A stretch of DNA of 35,367 nucleotides from Cryomorphaceae bacterium (GTDB taxonomy: Bacteria > Bacteroidota > Bacteroidia > Flavobacteriales > Schleiferiaceae), in contig JABMNC010000070.1 in NCBI GenBank assembly GCA_013205365.1, forward strand, positions 1 through 35,367, in the 5' to 3' direction. The notes below the pieces were generated by a model. It had not been told where the DNA came from, did no database searches, and was given only the letters and a program-made list of their open reading frames with translations. The position numbers and the translations under genes were made by a program. Below, one piece after another: positions 26,441 to 33,642 of this stretch (position 1 is its first letter; each line of letters begins with the position of its first letter).

Positions 26441-28264
26441 ATGGCAACTATGCCTGATTTCTCGGACCGCAAATTGCCCGAGCTCAAAGAATTAGCGGAA
26501 TCAATGGGTATTCCTAAAGCGCGATACTTGCGCAAACCCGAACTTTTAGAGGCCATTCAAGGCTTGAGTAATTCTGCGACTTCTTCTCCCTCGGGCGACG
26601 AAGGTCAGTCGGGTGGCGATGCTCCGGTGCGCGAAGAACGCGCCCCGCGCGAAGACCGAGGACCAAGAGACGACCGTGCTCCCCGCGAAGACCGTGGACC
26701 ACGCGAAGACCGAGGACCAAGAGACGACCGCGGCCCACGAGAAGAACGCGCTCCGCGCGAAGACCGTGGACCAAGAGAAGACCGTGGACCAAGAGACGAC
26801 CGTGGCCCAAGAGAAGAACGCGCTCCGCGCGAAGACCGTGGACCAAGAGACGACCGTGGACCAAGAGACGACCGCGCTCCGCGCGAAGACCGTGGACCAA
26901 GAGACGACCGTGGACCAAGAGACGACCGTGGACCAAGAGACGACCGTGGACCAAGAGACGACCGTGGTCCAAGAGACGACCGTGGACCGCGCGACGATCG
27001 TGGACCAAGAGACGACCGTGGTCCGCGCGACGATCGTGGACCAAGAGACGACCGTGGTCCGCGCGAAGACCGACCCCGCAGAGACGGCTGGGAACCGAGG
27101 GAACCCAGAGAACCCCGCCCACCGCGCATTCAAGAACCCATATTTGAATTTGAGGGAATAATTCCGACCGAAGGCGTAGTCGAAATCATGCCCGAGGGCT
27201 TTGGATTCCTGCGTTCAAGCGACTACAACTACCTGAACTCGCCCGACGACGTGCTGCTAACCCAGCAGCAAATCAAGCATTTTGGACTCAAAACTGGCGA
27301 TACCGTTCGAGGCGAAGTGCGCCCACCGCGCGAAAGCGAAAAGTTTTTTCCGCTCACTAAAGTGCATTTGATCAACGGCAAAGACCCCGATTTCATTCGA
27401 GACCGCGTCGCTTTTGAACACCTTACTCCACTCTTCCCTGAAGAGAAGTTTGACCTAACGGGCCGCAAGGCAACCGTCAGTACCCGCATTATCGACCTGG
27501 TTTCGCCTATCGGCAAAGGCCAGCGCGGCCTTATCGTAGCCCAGCCAAAAACGGGTAAAACTACCTTGCTCAAAGAGGTGGCCAACGCCATCGCCGCGAA
27601 CCACCCCGAGGTCTACATGATTATTCTGCTTATCGACGAGCGCCCAGAAGAAGTAACCGACATGGCGCGCAGCGTCAATGCAGAAGTGGTCGCGTCAACC
27701 TTTGACGAGCCCGCAGAACGCCACGTGCGCGTGGCCAACATTGTGCTCGAAAAAGCCAAACGCCTGGTAGAAAGCGGCCACGATGTGGTCATTTTACTCG
27801 ACTCCATCACAAGGCTTGCCCGTGCCTACAATACCGTGAGTCCTGCCTCGGGCAAGGTGCTCTCGGGCGGAGTGGACTCCAACGCACTGCACAAGCCCAA
27901 GCGCTTCTTCGGCGCGGCCCGCAACATTGAAAACGGCGGATCTTTAACCATTTTAGCCACTGCACTTATTGATACTGGGTCTAAGATGGACGAGGTCATC
28001 TTTGAAGAATTCAAAGGAACCGGCAACATGGAGATGCAGCTCGATCGCCGCATAGCCAACCGCCGCATCTGGCCGGCCATTGACTTAATCGCTTCTGGAA
28101 CGCGCAAAGAGGACATGCTGCTTCGCCCTGAAGTACTCAACCGCATGTACATTCTGCGCCGCCACCTTGCCGACATGACGCCGGTGGAAGCCATGGAATT
28201 CATGGAAGACCGCATCAACAAGACACGAAACAACGAGGAGTTCCTGGTTTCGATGAACAGCTAA
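26441..28264 (+). CDS. rho: transcription termination factor Rho with a large repetitive N-terminal insertion
   Basis: ATG 26441. Rho_N helix bundle ([28 protein letters not shown]), CSD-like RNA-binding segment ([15 protein letters not shown]...[11 protein letters not shown]), Walker [32 protein letters not shown]. About 190 aa of low complexity sit between the N-terminal bundle and the CSD. Confidence 0.95.
   Translation: MATMPDFSDRKLPELKELAESMGIPKARYLRKPELLEAIQGLSNSATSSPSGDEGQSGGDAPVREERAPREDRGPRDDRAPREDRGPREDRGPRDDRGPREERAPREDRGPREDRGPRDDRGPREERAPREDRGPRDDRGPRDDRAPREDRGPRDDRGPRDDRGPRDDRGPRDDRGPRDDRGPRDDRGPRDDRGPRDDRGPRDDRGPREDRPRRDGWEPREPREPRPPRIQEPIFEFEGIIPTEGVVEIMPEGFGFLRSSDYNYLNSPDDVLLTQQQIKHFGLKTGDTVRGEVRPPRESEKFFPLTKVHLINGKDPDFIRDRVAFEHLTPLFPEEKFDLTGRKATVSTRIIDLVSPIGKGQRGLIVAQPKTGKTTLLKEVANAIAANHPEVYMIILLIDERPEEVTDMARSVNAEVVASTFDEPAERHVRVANIVLEKAKRLVESGHDVVILLDSITRLARAYNTVSPASGKVLSGGVDSNALHKPKRFFGAARNIENGGSLTILATALIDTGSKMDEVIFEEFKGTGNMEMQLDRRIANRRIWPAIDLIASGTRKEDMLLRPEVLNRMYILRRHLADMTPVEAMEFMEDRINKTRNNEEFLVSMNS
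26639..27070 (+). repeat. tandem 18-nt in-frame repeat array (about 24 units, consensus cgt gga cca aga gac gac = RGPRDD) inside rho
   Basis: Read directly from the DNA. Four perfect consecutive copies of gaccgtggaccaagagac span 26888-26959. The other units differ by 1-4 nt ([18 protein letters not shown]). Confidence 0.9.
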
Positions 28265-28365
28265 TGCTGCATCAAGGCCGCCACCGGGCGACCAAAATGT
28301 GCCAGCAGATGCGTGAAAAGTCTAGTCCTTCAAACATCGTCCGCAGTCCACACGCAAAAAAGCCC

Positions 28366-28373
28366 TAATTTTG
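28366..28373 (+). promoter_or_regulatory. -7 promoter box TAATTTTG for pyrR-pyrB
   Basis: Perfect TAnnTTTG, 8 nt before ATG 28382. It overlaps the 3' arm of a weak 8-bp hairpin (28352-28376). Confidence 0.45.
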
Positions 28374-28381
28374 CGTTTGAA

Positions 28382-28936
28382 ATGGCACCAAAGACGCTTC
28401 TGAATCAGCGCGAATGCGCGGTTACCATCAGCCGCCTGTGCCACCAAATTAATGAGGTGCACGTGCCCTGGGACCGCACTGTATTGGTTGGCCTTCAGCC
28501 CCGCGGAGCCAAGCTGCTCAGGGCCCTAGTGGCCCAACTCGAGGCGGAATTTGCTACAGGCCCGGTCGCCAATGGCCTTTTGGACATCACCTTTCATCGA
28601 GACGACTTTCGCCGCCGTGAGGAACCTCTTACCGCCAGCCCTACTGAAATGAATGTTCTCATCGAAGGCAAGCGAGTTATCATCATCGACGACGTGCTCT
28701 ATACGGGAAGGTCGGTGCGGGCAGCCCTCGACGCCCTCGGAGACTTCGGACGCCCGGAGCGCGTAGAACTTTGTGTGCTCATCGACCGCCGCTTCTCTCG
28801 CGAACTCCCCATTCAGCCAGACTACTCAGGGCGAAGGGTTGACGCACTGAACCACGAGCGCGTACGCCTCAACTGGAACGGCCCCACCCTTGAATCCGTT
28901 TTGCTCGAATCCCCTGACTATGCCCCAGAACGCTAA
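28382..28936 (+). CDS. pyrR: bifunctional pyrimidine regulatory protein PyrR / uracil phosphoribosyltransferase
   Basis: ORF trimmed to ATG 28382. PRPP-binding VIIIDDVLYTGRSVRAALDAL. About 184 aa. Directly upstream of pyrB. Confidence 0.9.
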   Translation: MAPKTLLNQRECAVTISRLCHQINEVHVPWDRTVLVGLQPRGAKLLRALVAQLEAEFATGPVANGLLDITFHRDDFRRREEPLTASPTEMNVLIEGKRVIIIDDVLYTGRSVRAALDALGDFGRPERVELCVLIDRRFSRELPIQPDYSGRRVDALNHERVRLNWNGPTLESVLLESPDYAPER

Positions 28937-29870
28937 GTTGCAGTCGCGCCATCTATTGGGCCTTCAGCATGTTCCCGCCGAAGACATCCAATTAATTCTG
29001 CACTGGGCAGGGCACTTTAAAGAAGTTATTAACCGCCCGATTAAACGGGTACCCTCGCTTCGAGACCTAACCGTCGCCAACCTATTTTTTGAAAATTCTA
29101 CGCGGACTCGCCTCAGTTTTGAATTAGCCGAGAAGCGCCTCTCGGCCGATGTCGTTAATTTCTCTGCCTCTACCTCGTCGGTCAAAAAAGGCGAAACGCT
29201 CAACGACACCGTTAGCAACATTTTGGCCATGAAGGTGGACCTCGTAGTTATTCGCCATTCCGAGGCCGGCGTTGCCCACTTTTTGGCGGACCGCGTACCC
29301 GCGCACATCGTCAATGCCGGAGACGGAACGCACGAGCACCCCACCCAAGCACTCCTCGATGCATTCACCATGCAGGAGCGCATTGGCAGCCTCGAGGGTA
29401 AAAAAGTCGTGATTGTCGGAGACATACTGCACTCCAGAGTTGCCCTAAGCAACATTTTTGGACTTCAGAAACTCGGAGTTCATGTTGCCGTGTCTGGCCC
29501 TTCTACGCTCATTCCAAGGGCCATTAGCGAGCTTGGAGTCGAAGTGATTGACCACCTAGACGACGCGCTCGAGTGGGCCGACGTAGCCAACGTACTTCGG
29601 GTGCAGCACGAGCGGATGGACCGAGCCTTCTTCCCGTCGATTCGCGAATACCACAAGCGCTACGGCATTACCATGGAGCGTTTGAACCGTTTAAAGCAGG
29701 TTCCCCTTATTCTTCACCCCGGCCCGATCAACCGCGGGGTAGAATTGACCTCAGAAGTTGCAGACTCGCCCTATGCGGCCATCTTGAACCAAGTTGAAAA
29801 CGGAGTTGCCGTGCGCATGGCTGTCCTCTACCTTCTCGCCTCGCAATCCGCACCGCAAAATGTCGTTTAA
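28920..29870 (+). CDS. pyrB: aspartate carbamoyltransferase catalytic subunit
   Basis: ORF trimmed to ATG 28920, a 17-nt overlap with pyrR. FFENSTRTRLSFELAEKRL, HPTQALLD, HPGPINRG. Confidence 0.94.
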   Translation: MPQNAKLQSRHLLGLQHVPAEDIQLILHWAGHFKEVINRPIKRVPSLRDLTVANLFFENSTRTRLSFELAEKRLSADVVNFSASTSSVKKGETLNDTVSNILAMKVDLVVIRHSEAGVAHFLADRVPAHIVNAGDGTHEHPTQALLDAFTMQERIGSLEGKKVVIVGDILHSRVALSNIFGLQKLGVHVAVSGPSTLIPRAISELGVEVIDHLDDALEWADVANVLRVQHERMDRAFFPSIREYHKRYGITMERLNRLKQVPLILHPGPINRGVELTSEVADSPYAAILNQVENGVAVRMAVLYLLASQSAPQNVV

Positions 29871-30204
29871 GCTCGAGATCAAGCCCGACTTCTTGAGCCT
29901 CCGTTGGGGACTCGATTCCTTTGGCGCAGACGGGATTCAAGAATTAAAGCTGCTTATTGCCAAGTACCCCGAGGACCACATGATCATTAACTTTCTCTCG
30001 GTAGAGGAATTTATAGGAATCCAGGACCTTCAAGACCTTCAGGCCGCACGCATGGACCAAACGTTCTCCTTCATTTTCGTAGTGCGTCAATCCTTGATGC
30101 AGCTCTTTGACGAAGACCTCGCCATAGTCCCTACCTACCCCGAAGCCGAAGACTACTTTGGCATGGAAGACATGGAACGGCAGCTGCTCGACGGCGACGC
30201 CTAA
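29860..30204 (+). CDS. small acidic conserved hypothetical protein (possibly STAS-like)
   Basis: ATG 29860 overlaps the pyrB 3' end by 11 nt. 114 aa. I recall similar proteins downstream of pyrB in Flavobacteriia, sometimes mislabelled ribonuclease Z. The fold assignment is a guess. Confidence 0.5.
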   Translation: MSFKLEIKPDFLSLRWGLDSFGADGIQELKLLIAKYPEDHMIINFLSVEEFIGIQDLQDLQAARMDQTFSFIFVVRQSLMQLFDEDLAIVPTYPEAEDYFGMEDMERQLLDGDA

Positions 30205-30266
30205 TTAAGGCCTCCGCCTCGCCTATCCTAAAGTCTAATGCCTAGTTGGCAGGCAGCAGCCCAGCG

Positions 30267-31622
30267 CTACACAAAGTCTGGAGCCCAGGTGCGCACATCC
30301 CATCCGCCAAGGTTGCCCGAAGACATGATGAGTAGGTTGAGCTCGTCGGGCGATTCGCGCTCGATCAGCTCCTTTAGGGCCATGGCATCAGTAAAAACCT
30401 CAACCCCGGGACCAAAGGCCGCTAAGACCGCTTCTGGGGCAAGCGGAGGGAGGTTCTTGTGCGCTACGGCATCCGGATCAAAAAGCACTAAGGCACGGTC
30501 CAATCCTTGGAGTGAGCCTGCGTAACCCGGCAAAAATGCGGGATTCAAGCTGCTGAAGGTATGCAGCTCCAGCAATCCCCAAACTGGGCGGCTGCCAAAA
30601 CTCTCCGAAAAAGCGGCCGTCGTGGCCGCAACCTTAGACGGAGCATGGGCAAAGTCCAAATAAACGTCCCTGCGTGATGACTGGGCGAGGCGCTCGAGCC
30701 GGCGCTGCGCACCCTGAAACGAGGCAATGGCCTCATAAAAGTCCGCCTCTTGGACTCCCATCTCTTGCGCGAGCCATCGGGCCCCTTCGGCGTTGGCGAG
30801 GTTGTGCCTGCCCATCACACTCATGGGCACCTCCCCCATGGAGGTAATCCAATACCACTGGGTTCCTTCGTGCCGGTGCTGCGGTACCCGGTAGGGAATC
30901 TTGCGCAAGGGCGAAGAGTCGGCGAGCACTAGTGCCGCTAAAGCTTCGTCTTCTTCAAAATACAAAAGGGTTCCGCCCGGCTCCATAGAAGCCAAAAATC
31001 CGCGAAACGCTTCAGAATAGGACTCCTGGCTTTCAAAAACATTGACATGGTCCCAAGCCATTCCCGTTATCAAGCCTATATGAGCCTTGTACAGGTGAAA
31101 CTTTGGCCGCGGATCCAAGGGCGATGCAAGGTACTCGTCGCCCTCAAAAACGGCCCAGTCGCCCTGGCCCTGGAGGCGAACGGAGGCTTCTAGGCCCGGA
31201 ACCTGAGCCCCGACAAGATAGTCTGGGAGGCGATCCCAGTACTGCAGCACATGCAGCAGCATTGAGGTTGTAGTGGTTTTGCCGTGGGATCCGCCCACGA
31301 CCACCCGGGTCTGAGCCTCGCAGGCCTTTTGAACGAATTCCGGATAGGAGTACACCGGTATGCCCAGTTCTTGGGCGCGAAGGAGCTCAGGATTGTCCTT
31401 TCGAGCGTGCATTCCTAGGACCACGGCGTCGAGCGCTGCATGGATGCGGCCTGGGAACCACCCTTCTGCCTCTGGCAAAAGACCGGCTGCAGCCAAGTGG
31501 CTGCGACTGGGTTCAAAAATTGCGTCGTCGCTGCCCGTTACCCGGGTTCCCTCACGGGTCGAGAGGGCTAGCGCGAGGCTGTGCATCGCGCTTCCGCCAA
31601 TGGCGATAAAATGAAGATTCAT
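30267..31622 (-). CDS. mpl: Mur-ligase family protein, UDP-N-acetylmuramate:L-alanyl-gamma-D-glutamyl-meso-DAP ligase-like
   Basis: MNLHFIAIGGSAMHSLALAL N-terminus and ATP motif GGSHGKTTTTSML. 451 aa. Confidence 0.8.
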   Translation of the reverse strand: MNLHFIAIGGSAMHSLALALSTREGTRVTGSDDAIFEPSRSHLAAAGLLPEAEGWFPGRIHAALDAVVLGMHARKDNPELLRAQELGIPVYSYPEFVQKACEAQTRVVVGGSHGKTTTTSMLLHVLQYWDRLPDYLVGAQVPGLEASVRLQGQGDWAVFEGDEYLASPLDPRPKFHLYKAHIGLITGMAWDHVNVFESQESYSEAFRGFLASMEPGGTLLYFEEDEALAALVLADSSPLRKIPYRVPQHRHEGTQWYWITSMGEVPMSVMGRHNLANAEGARWLAQEMGVQEADFYEAIASFQGAQRRLERLAQSSRRDVYLDFAHAPSKVAATTAAFSESFGSRPVWGLLELHTFSSLNPAFLPGYAGSLQGLDRALVLFDPDAVAHKNLPPLAPEAVLAAFGPGVEVFTDAMALKELIERESPDELNLLIMSSGNLGGWDVRTWAPDFV

Positions 31623-31628
31623 GCGCCC

Positions 31629-32399
31629 TTAGAGCTGTATCTGGTATGCCTTCAGTAAATTGAGGCGAAACGAGGGCAGCAAGGGGAAGAACAGCGGATT
31701 GCTCGGATCCACGTCGACAGCATCCACTACGGCTGGATCAGCACCTTCCAAAAGCAGGTTTACCTTGACCAGGACATTGATGTTGACGTCGCGTCCCTTG
31801 CGCACGGTGAACTGGCTTTGGTAGTCGACAAGCTCGTTGAGCGCTTCAGAGCTGATGGTGTACTTAAAGGGCTTGTAGGGCTTATCACTGGTGGTGTCTG
31901 TAGGCAGCTTCCACCAGCCCTCAATAACCACGGCATTGTAGCCACCATTGGGCCGCGCGAGTCGGTTCATGGCGCTCTCTGGAGACCAAGAATTCGTTGG
32001 AATCGCGTTTTGGGCACTGTCGAGGCCGATGCGCCAAAAGTGCCGGCCTGAGTAGGTGCCTGTTGGGATTTTGTAAATCGGGGTATATCCGCCAAAAAGA
32101 GAAGAAGTCGTAGTCAAAACAAAGTCAGAACTGTCGCCCTTGACCGGGAAGACGGTGTCGCCCAGGTGGTTCTCAAAATGGTAGAATCCCATTCCGATTT
32201 CTACATTCTTAAAGCGTATTTGGGTCCCGCTCAGGTCTAAAGCAAACACTTGATTGGTATCAATCAATTTGTTTTTGAAGTAGAAGAAGTGGCGAAGCAC
32301 AATGTTTCGCTCCTCCATCGGGGCAGGTGGATCGACAAACGTAGCCTCGCAACCAACCAATACCAGGGCCGCAAGCGCGGCAAACCAAACATTCTTCAT
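31629..32399 (-). CDS. lipoprotein of unknown function
   Basis: Lipobox ALVLVGC. 256 aa with beta-rich composition. No confident family assignment. Confidence 0.6.
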   Translation of the reverse strand: MKNVWFAALAALVLVGCEATFVDPPAPMEERNIVLRHFFYFKNKLIDTNQVFALDLSGTQIRFKNVEIGMGFYHFENHLGDTVFPVKGDSSDFVLTTTSSLFGGYTPIYKIPTGTYSGRHFWRIGLDSAQNAIPTNSWSPESAMNRLARPNGGYNAVVIEGWWKLPTDTTSDKPYKPFKYTISSEALNELVDYQSQFTVRKGRDVNINVLVKVNLLLEGADPAVVDAVDVDPSNPLFFPLLPSFRLNLLKAYQIQL

Positions 32400-32403
32400 A
32401 AGA

Positions 32404-32411
32404 TAAAATTA
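32404..32411 (-). promoter_or_regulatory. -7-like box TAATTTTA before the lipoprotein gene
   Basis: G to A variant. 4 nt before ATG 32399. It overlaps the plsC stop codon and could equally be chance AT-richness. Confidence 0.25.
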
Positions 32412-33170
32412 CGCATTTACTAGTGACTCTGGCGGCGGCACTTGCTCAATGGCCGCCATCACCTGCTCTAAAATCTGCTGCGGAGTAGCATCTTCGGCAA
32501 ACTGCAAGGGCTCCTTGAAGCGAATGGTAAGCTCAGTGCGCCGCTTTTTAACCCTCAGCCCCTTTTTGTCAAACCCTCGACGAAAGCCGTCTACCACCAC
32601 AGGAACCACTATGGGATTCAGATCCTTTATAAGATGGGCCGTGCCACGCCGACCTGGGGCATAGGGTTTGGTAGTACCCTGAGGGAAGGTGATTACCCAT
32701 CCGGCCTGAATGGCCTTGCGAATGCCCTCGAGGTCCTTAGGATCCACCCCTCGATTGATTTCTTGGCCCGCCTCGCGCCAGGTCCGCTTAATGCTCACCG
32801 AGCCTGCCAAGGCAAGCAAACGAGGGAGGGGGCCCGACTTCATCGTTTCTTTAGCCGCAATAAAAAACAGGTTCATACGGGGATTCATCACTGGCCACCA
32901 ACGGTTTACGCGGTTAGGCATCCCGTTTCGAAGGTGCATAAAAACCAAAAACATCGAAGCAACGTCCATAAAGTACGTTTGGTGATTGCTCACAAAAAGT
33001 ACGTTTTGGTTCGGCAGGTTTTTGAGGTGTTCCATTCCCTCCACCTTGGTGCGGTGAATATGGTTCAAGCGGTACCAGGTAACAGTGCCGAAGCAAAATA
33101 TTACCATGCGCTTGGCCCACAATGGATTGCCAAAAGGATCGCGGTAGGGAAGTCGCCGAATCTTCTTCAT
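32409..33170 (-). CDS. plsC: 1-acyl-sn-glycerol-3-phosphate acyltransferase family protein
   Basis: HX4D motif in FVSNHQTYFMDV, plus FPQGTT. ATG 33170 preferred over TTG 33173. Confidence 0.85.
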   Translation of the reverse strand: MKKIRRLPYRDPFGNPLWAKRMVIFCFGTVTWYRLNHIHRTKVEGMEHLKNLPNQNVLFVSNHQTYFMDVASMFLVFMHLRNGMPNRVNRWWPVMNPRMNLFFIAAKETMKSGPLPRLLALAGSVSIKRTWREAGQEINRGVDPKDLEGIRKAIQAGWVITFPQGTTKPYAPGRRGTAHLIKDLNPIVVPVVVDGFRRGFDKKGLRVKKRRTELTIRFKEPLQFAEDATPQQILEQVMAAIEQVPPPESLVNA

Positions 33171-33178
33171 CAATTGGG

Positions 33179-33186
33179 CAAATCTA
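33179..33186 (-). promoter_or_regulatory. -7 promoter box TAGATTTG for plsC-lipoprotein-mpl
   Basis: Minus-strand reading of caaatcta, 8 nt before ATG 33170. Confidence 0.5.
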
Positions 33187-33189
33187 CAT

Positions 33190-33197
33190 CACCTTTG
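33190..33197 (+). promoter_or_regulatory. -7-like box CACCTTTG for the HsdR_N-like gene
   Basis: One mismatch. 4 nt before GTG 33202. Confidence 0.3.
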
Positions 33198-33201
33198 CCA
33201 A

Positions 33202-33633
33202 GTGGATTTCGATAATTGGCCAAATACCAACCTGCAACCAGACCCTCAAGGGAGGCTTTGGGATGCCTTGCGCCGCAAATGGGTTGCCGGAACGCCCGAA
33301 GAATTCGTGCGCCAGCATTTTTTGCAGCGCCTAATTTTAGAAGGCCATTACCCCCCGGAGTCGATTGCCGTTGAGCGCGGACTCTTGGTGCACGGGCAAC
33401 GAAAGCGTTTTGACGCCGTGGTTTTTTGCCAAGGAAAACCCTGGTTGCTCATTGAATGCAAGGCGGCAAGCCAGCCATTGAACGACGCGGTGTGCCAGCA
33501 ATGGATGCGCTACAACCTGCCGCTCGAGGCACCATGGGGCTGGTTGACCAACGGGCAGAGCGGTCGATTTTTTTCTTCAGACGGCCAAGAAAGACCGGCC
33601 ATCCTGCCTGCATTTGGTACCTTTGCACTTTAG
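33202..33633 (+). CDS. stand-alone type I restriction enzyme HsdR N-terminal-domain-like protein (PD-(D/E)xK fold)
   Basis: 143 aa. TPEEFVRQHF, then DAVVF...LLIECK, consistent with a D...(D/E)xK nuclease core. GTG start is the only in-frame start available. Confidence 0.7.
   Translation: MDFDNWPNTNLQPDPQGRLWDALRRKWVAGTPEEFVRQHFLQRLILEGHYPPESIAVERGLLVHGQRKRFDAVVFCQGKPWLLIECKAASQPLNDAVCQQWMRYNLPLEAPWGWLTNGQSGRFFSSDGQERPAILPAFGTFAL
33618..33625 (+). promoter_or_regulatory. -7 promoter box TACCTTTG for purB, inside the 3' end of the HsdR_N-like gene
   Basis: Perfect TAnnTTTG, 17 nt before ATG 33643. Confidence 0.55.
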
Positions 33634-33642
33634 GAACGCACC

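Noticed and set aside
26639-27070. A CRISPR-like appearance of the regularly spaced repeats.
   Set aside because: The units are contiguous 18-mers with no spacers, they are in frame within rho, and no cas genes or leader are present.
26514-27161. Four long alternative-frame ORFs across the rho repeat region: 26514..27122, 26546..27133 and 26605..27129 on the minus strand, and 26613..27161 on the plus strand.
   Set aside because: They exist only because an 18-nt stop-free unit is repeated about 24 times. Their products are pure low-complexity sequence ([10 protein letters not shown] etc.). They lie wholly inside a gene whose flanking domains are unmistakably Rho in the annotated frame.
28352-28376. 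A hairpin (acgcaaaa / ttttgcgt, 9-nt loop) considered as a rho terminator or PyrR attenuator.
   Set aside because: It has only 8 bp, half of them A-U, and no proper downstream U-tract. It overlaps the better-supported -7 box and has no resemblance to the PyrR binding loop. It is mentioned only as context in the pyrR finding.
31629-32399. A possible MbnP-like copper-binding assignment for the 256-aa lipoprotein.
   Set aside because: I see only a vague resemblance from memory (IGLDSAQN, GY..VVIEGWWK). No MbnH-type di-heme peroxidase partner is present, and I cannot verify the assignment without a profile search.
33202-33633. The HsdR_N-like gene as evidence of a type I restriction-modification or defence locus.
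   Set aside because: No hsdM or hsdS, no helicase domain, and no other defence-type genes are present. The neighbours are plsC and purB, so it is treated as an orphan domain protein.
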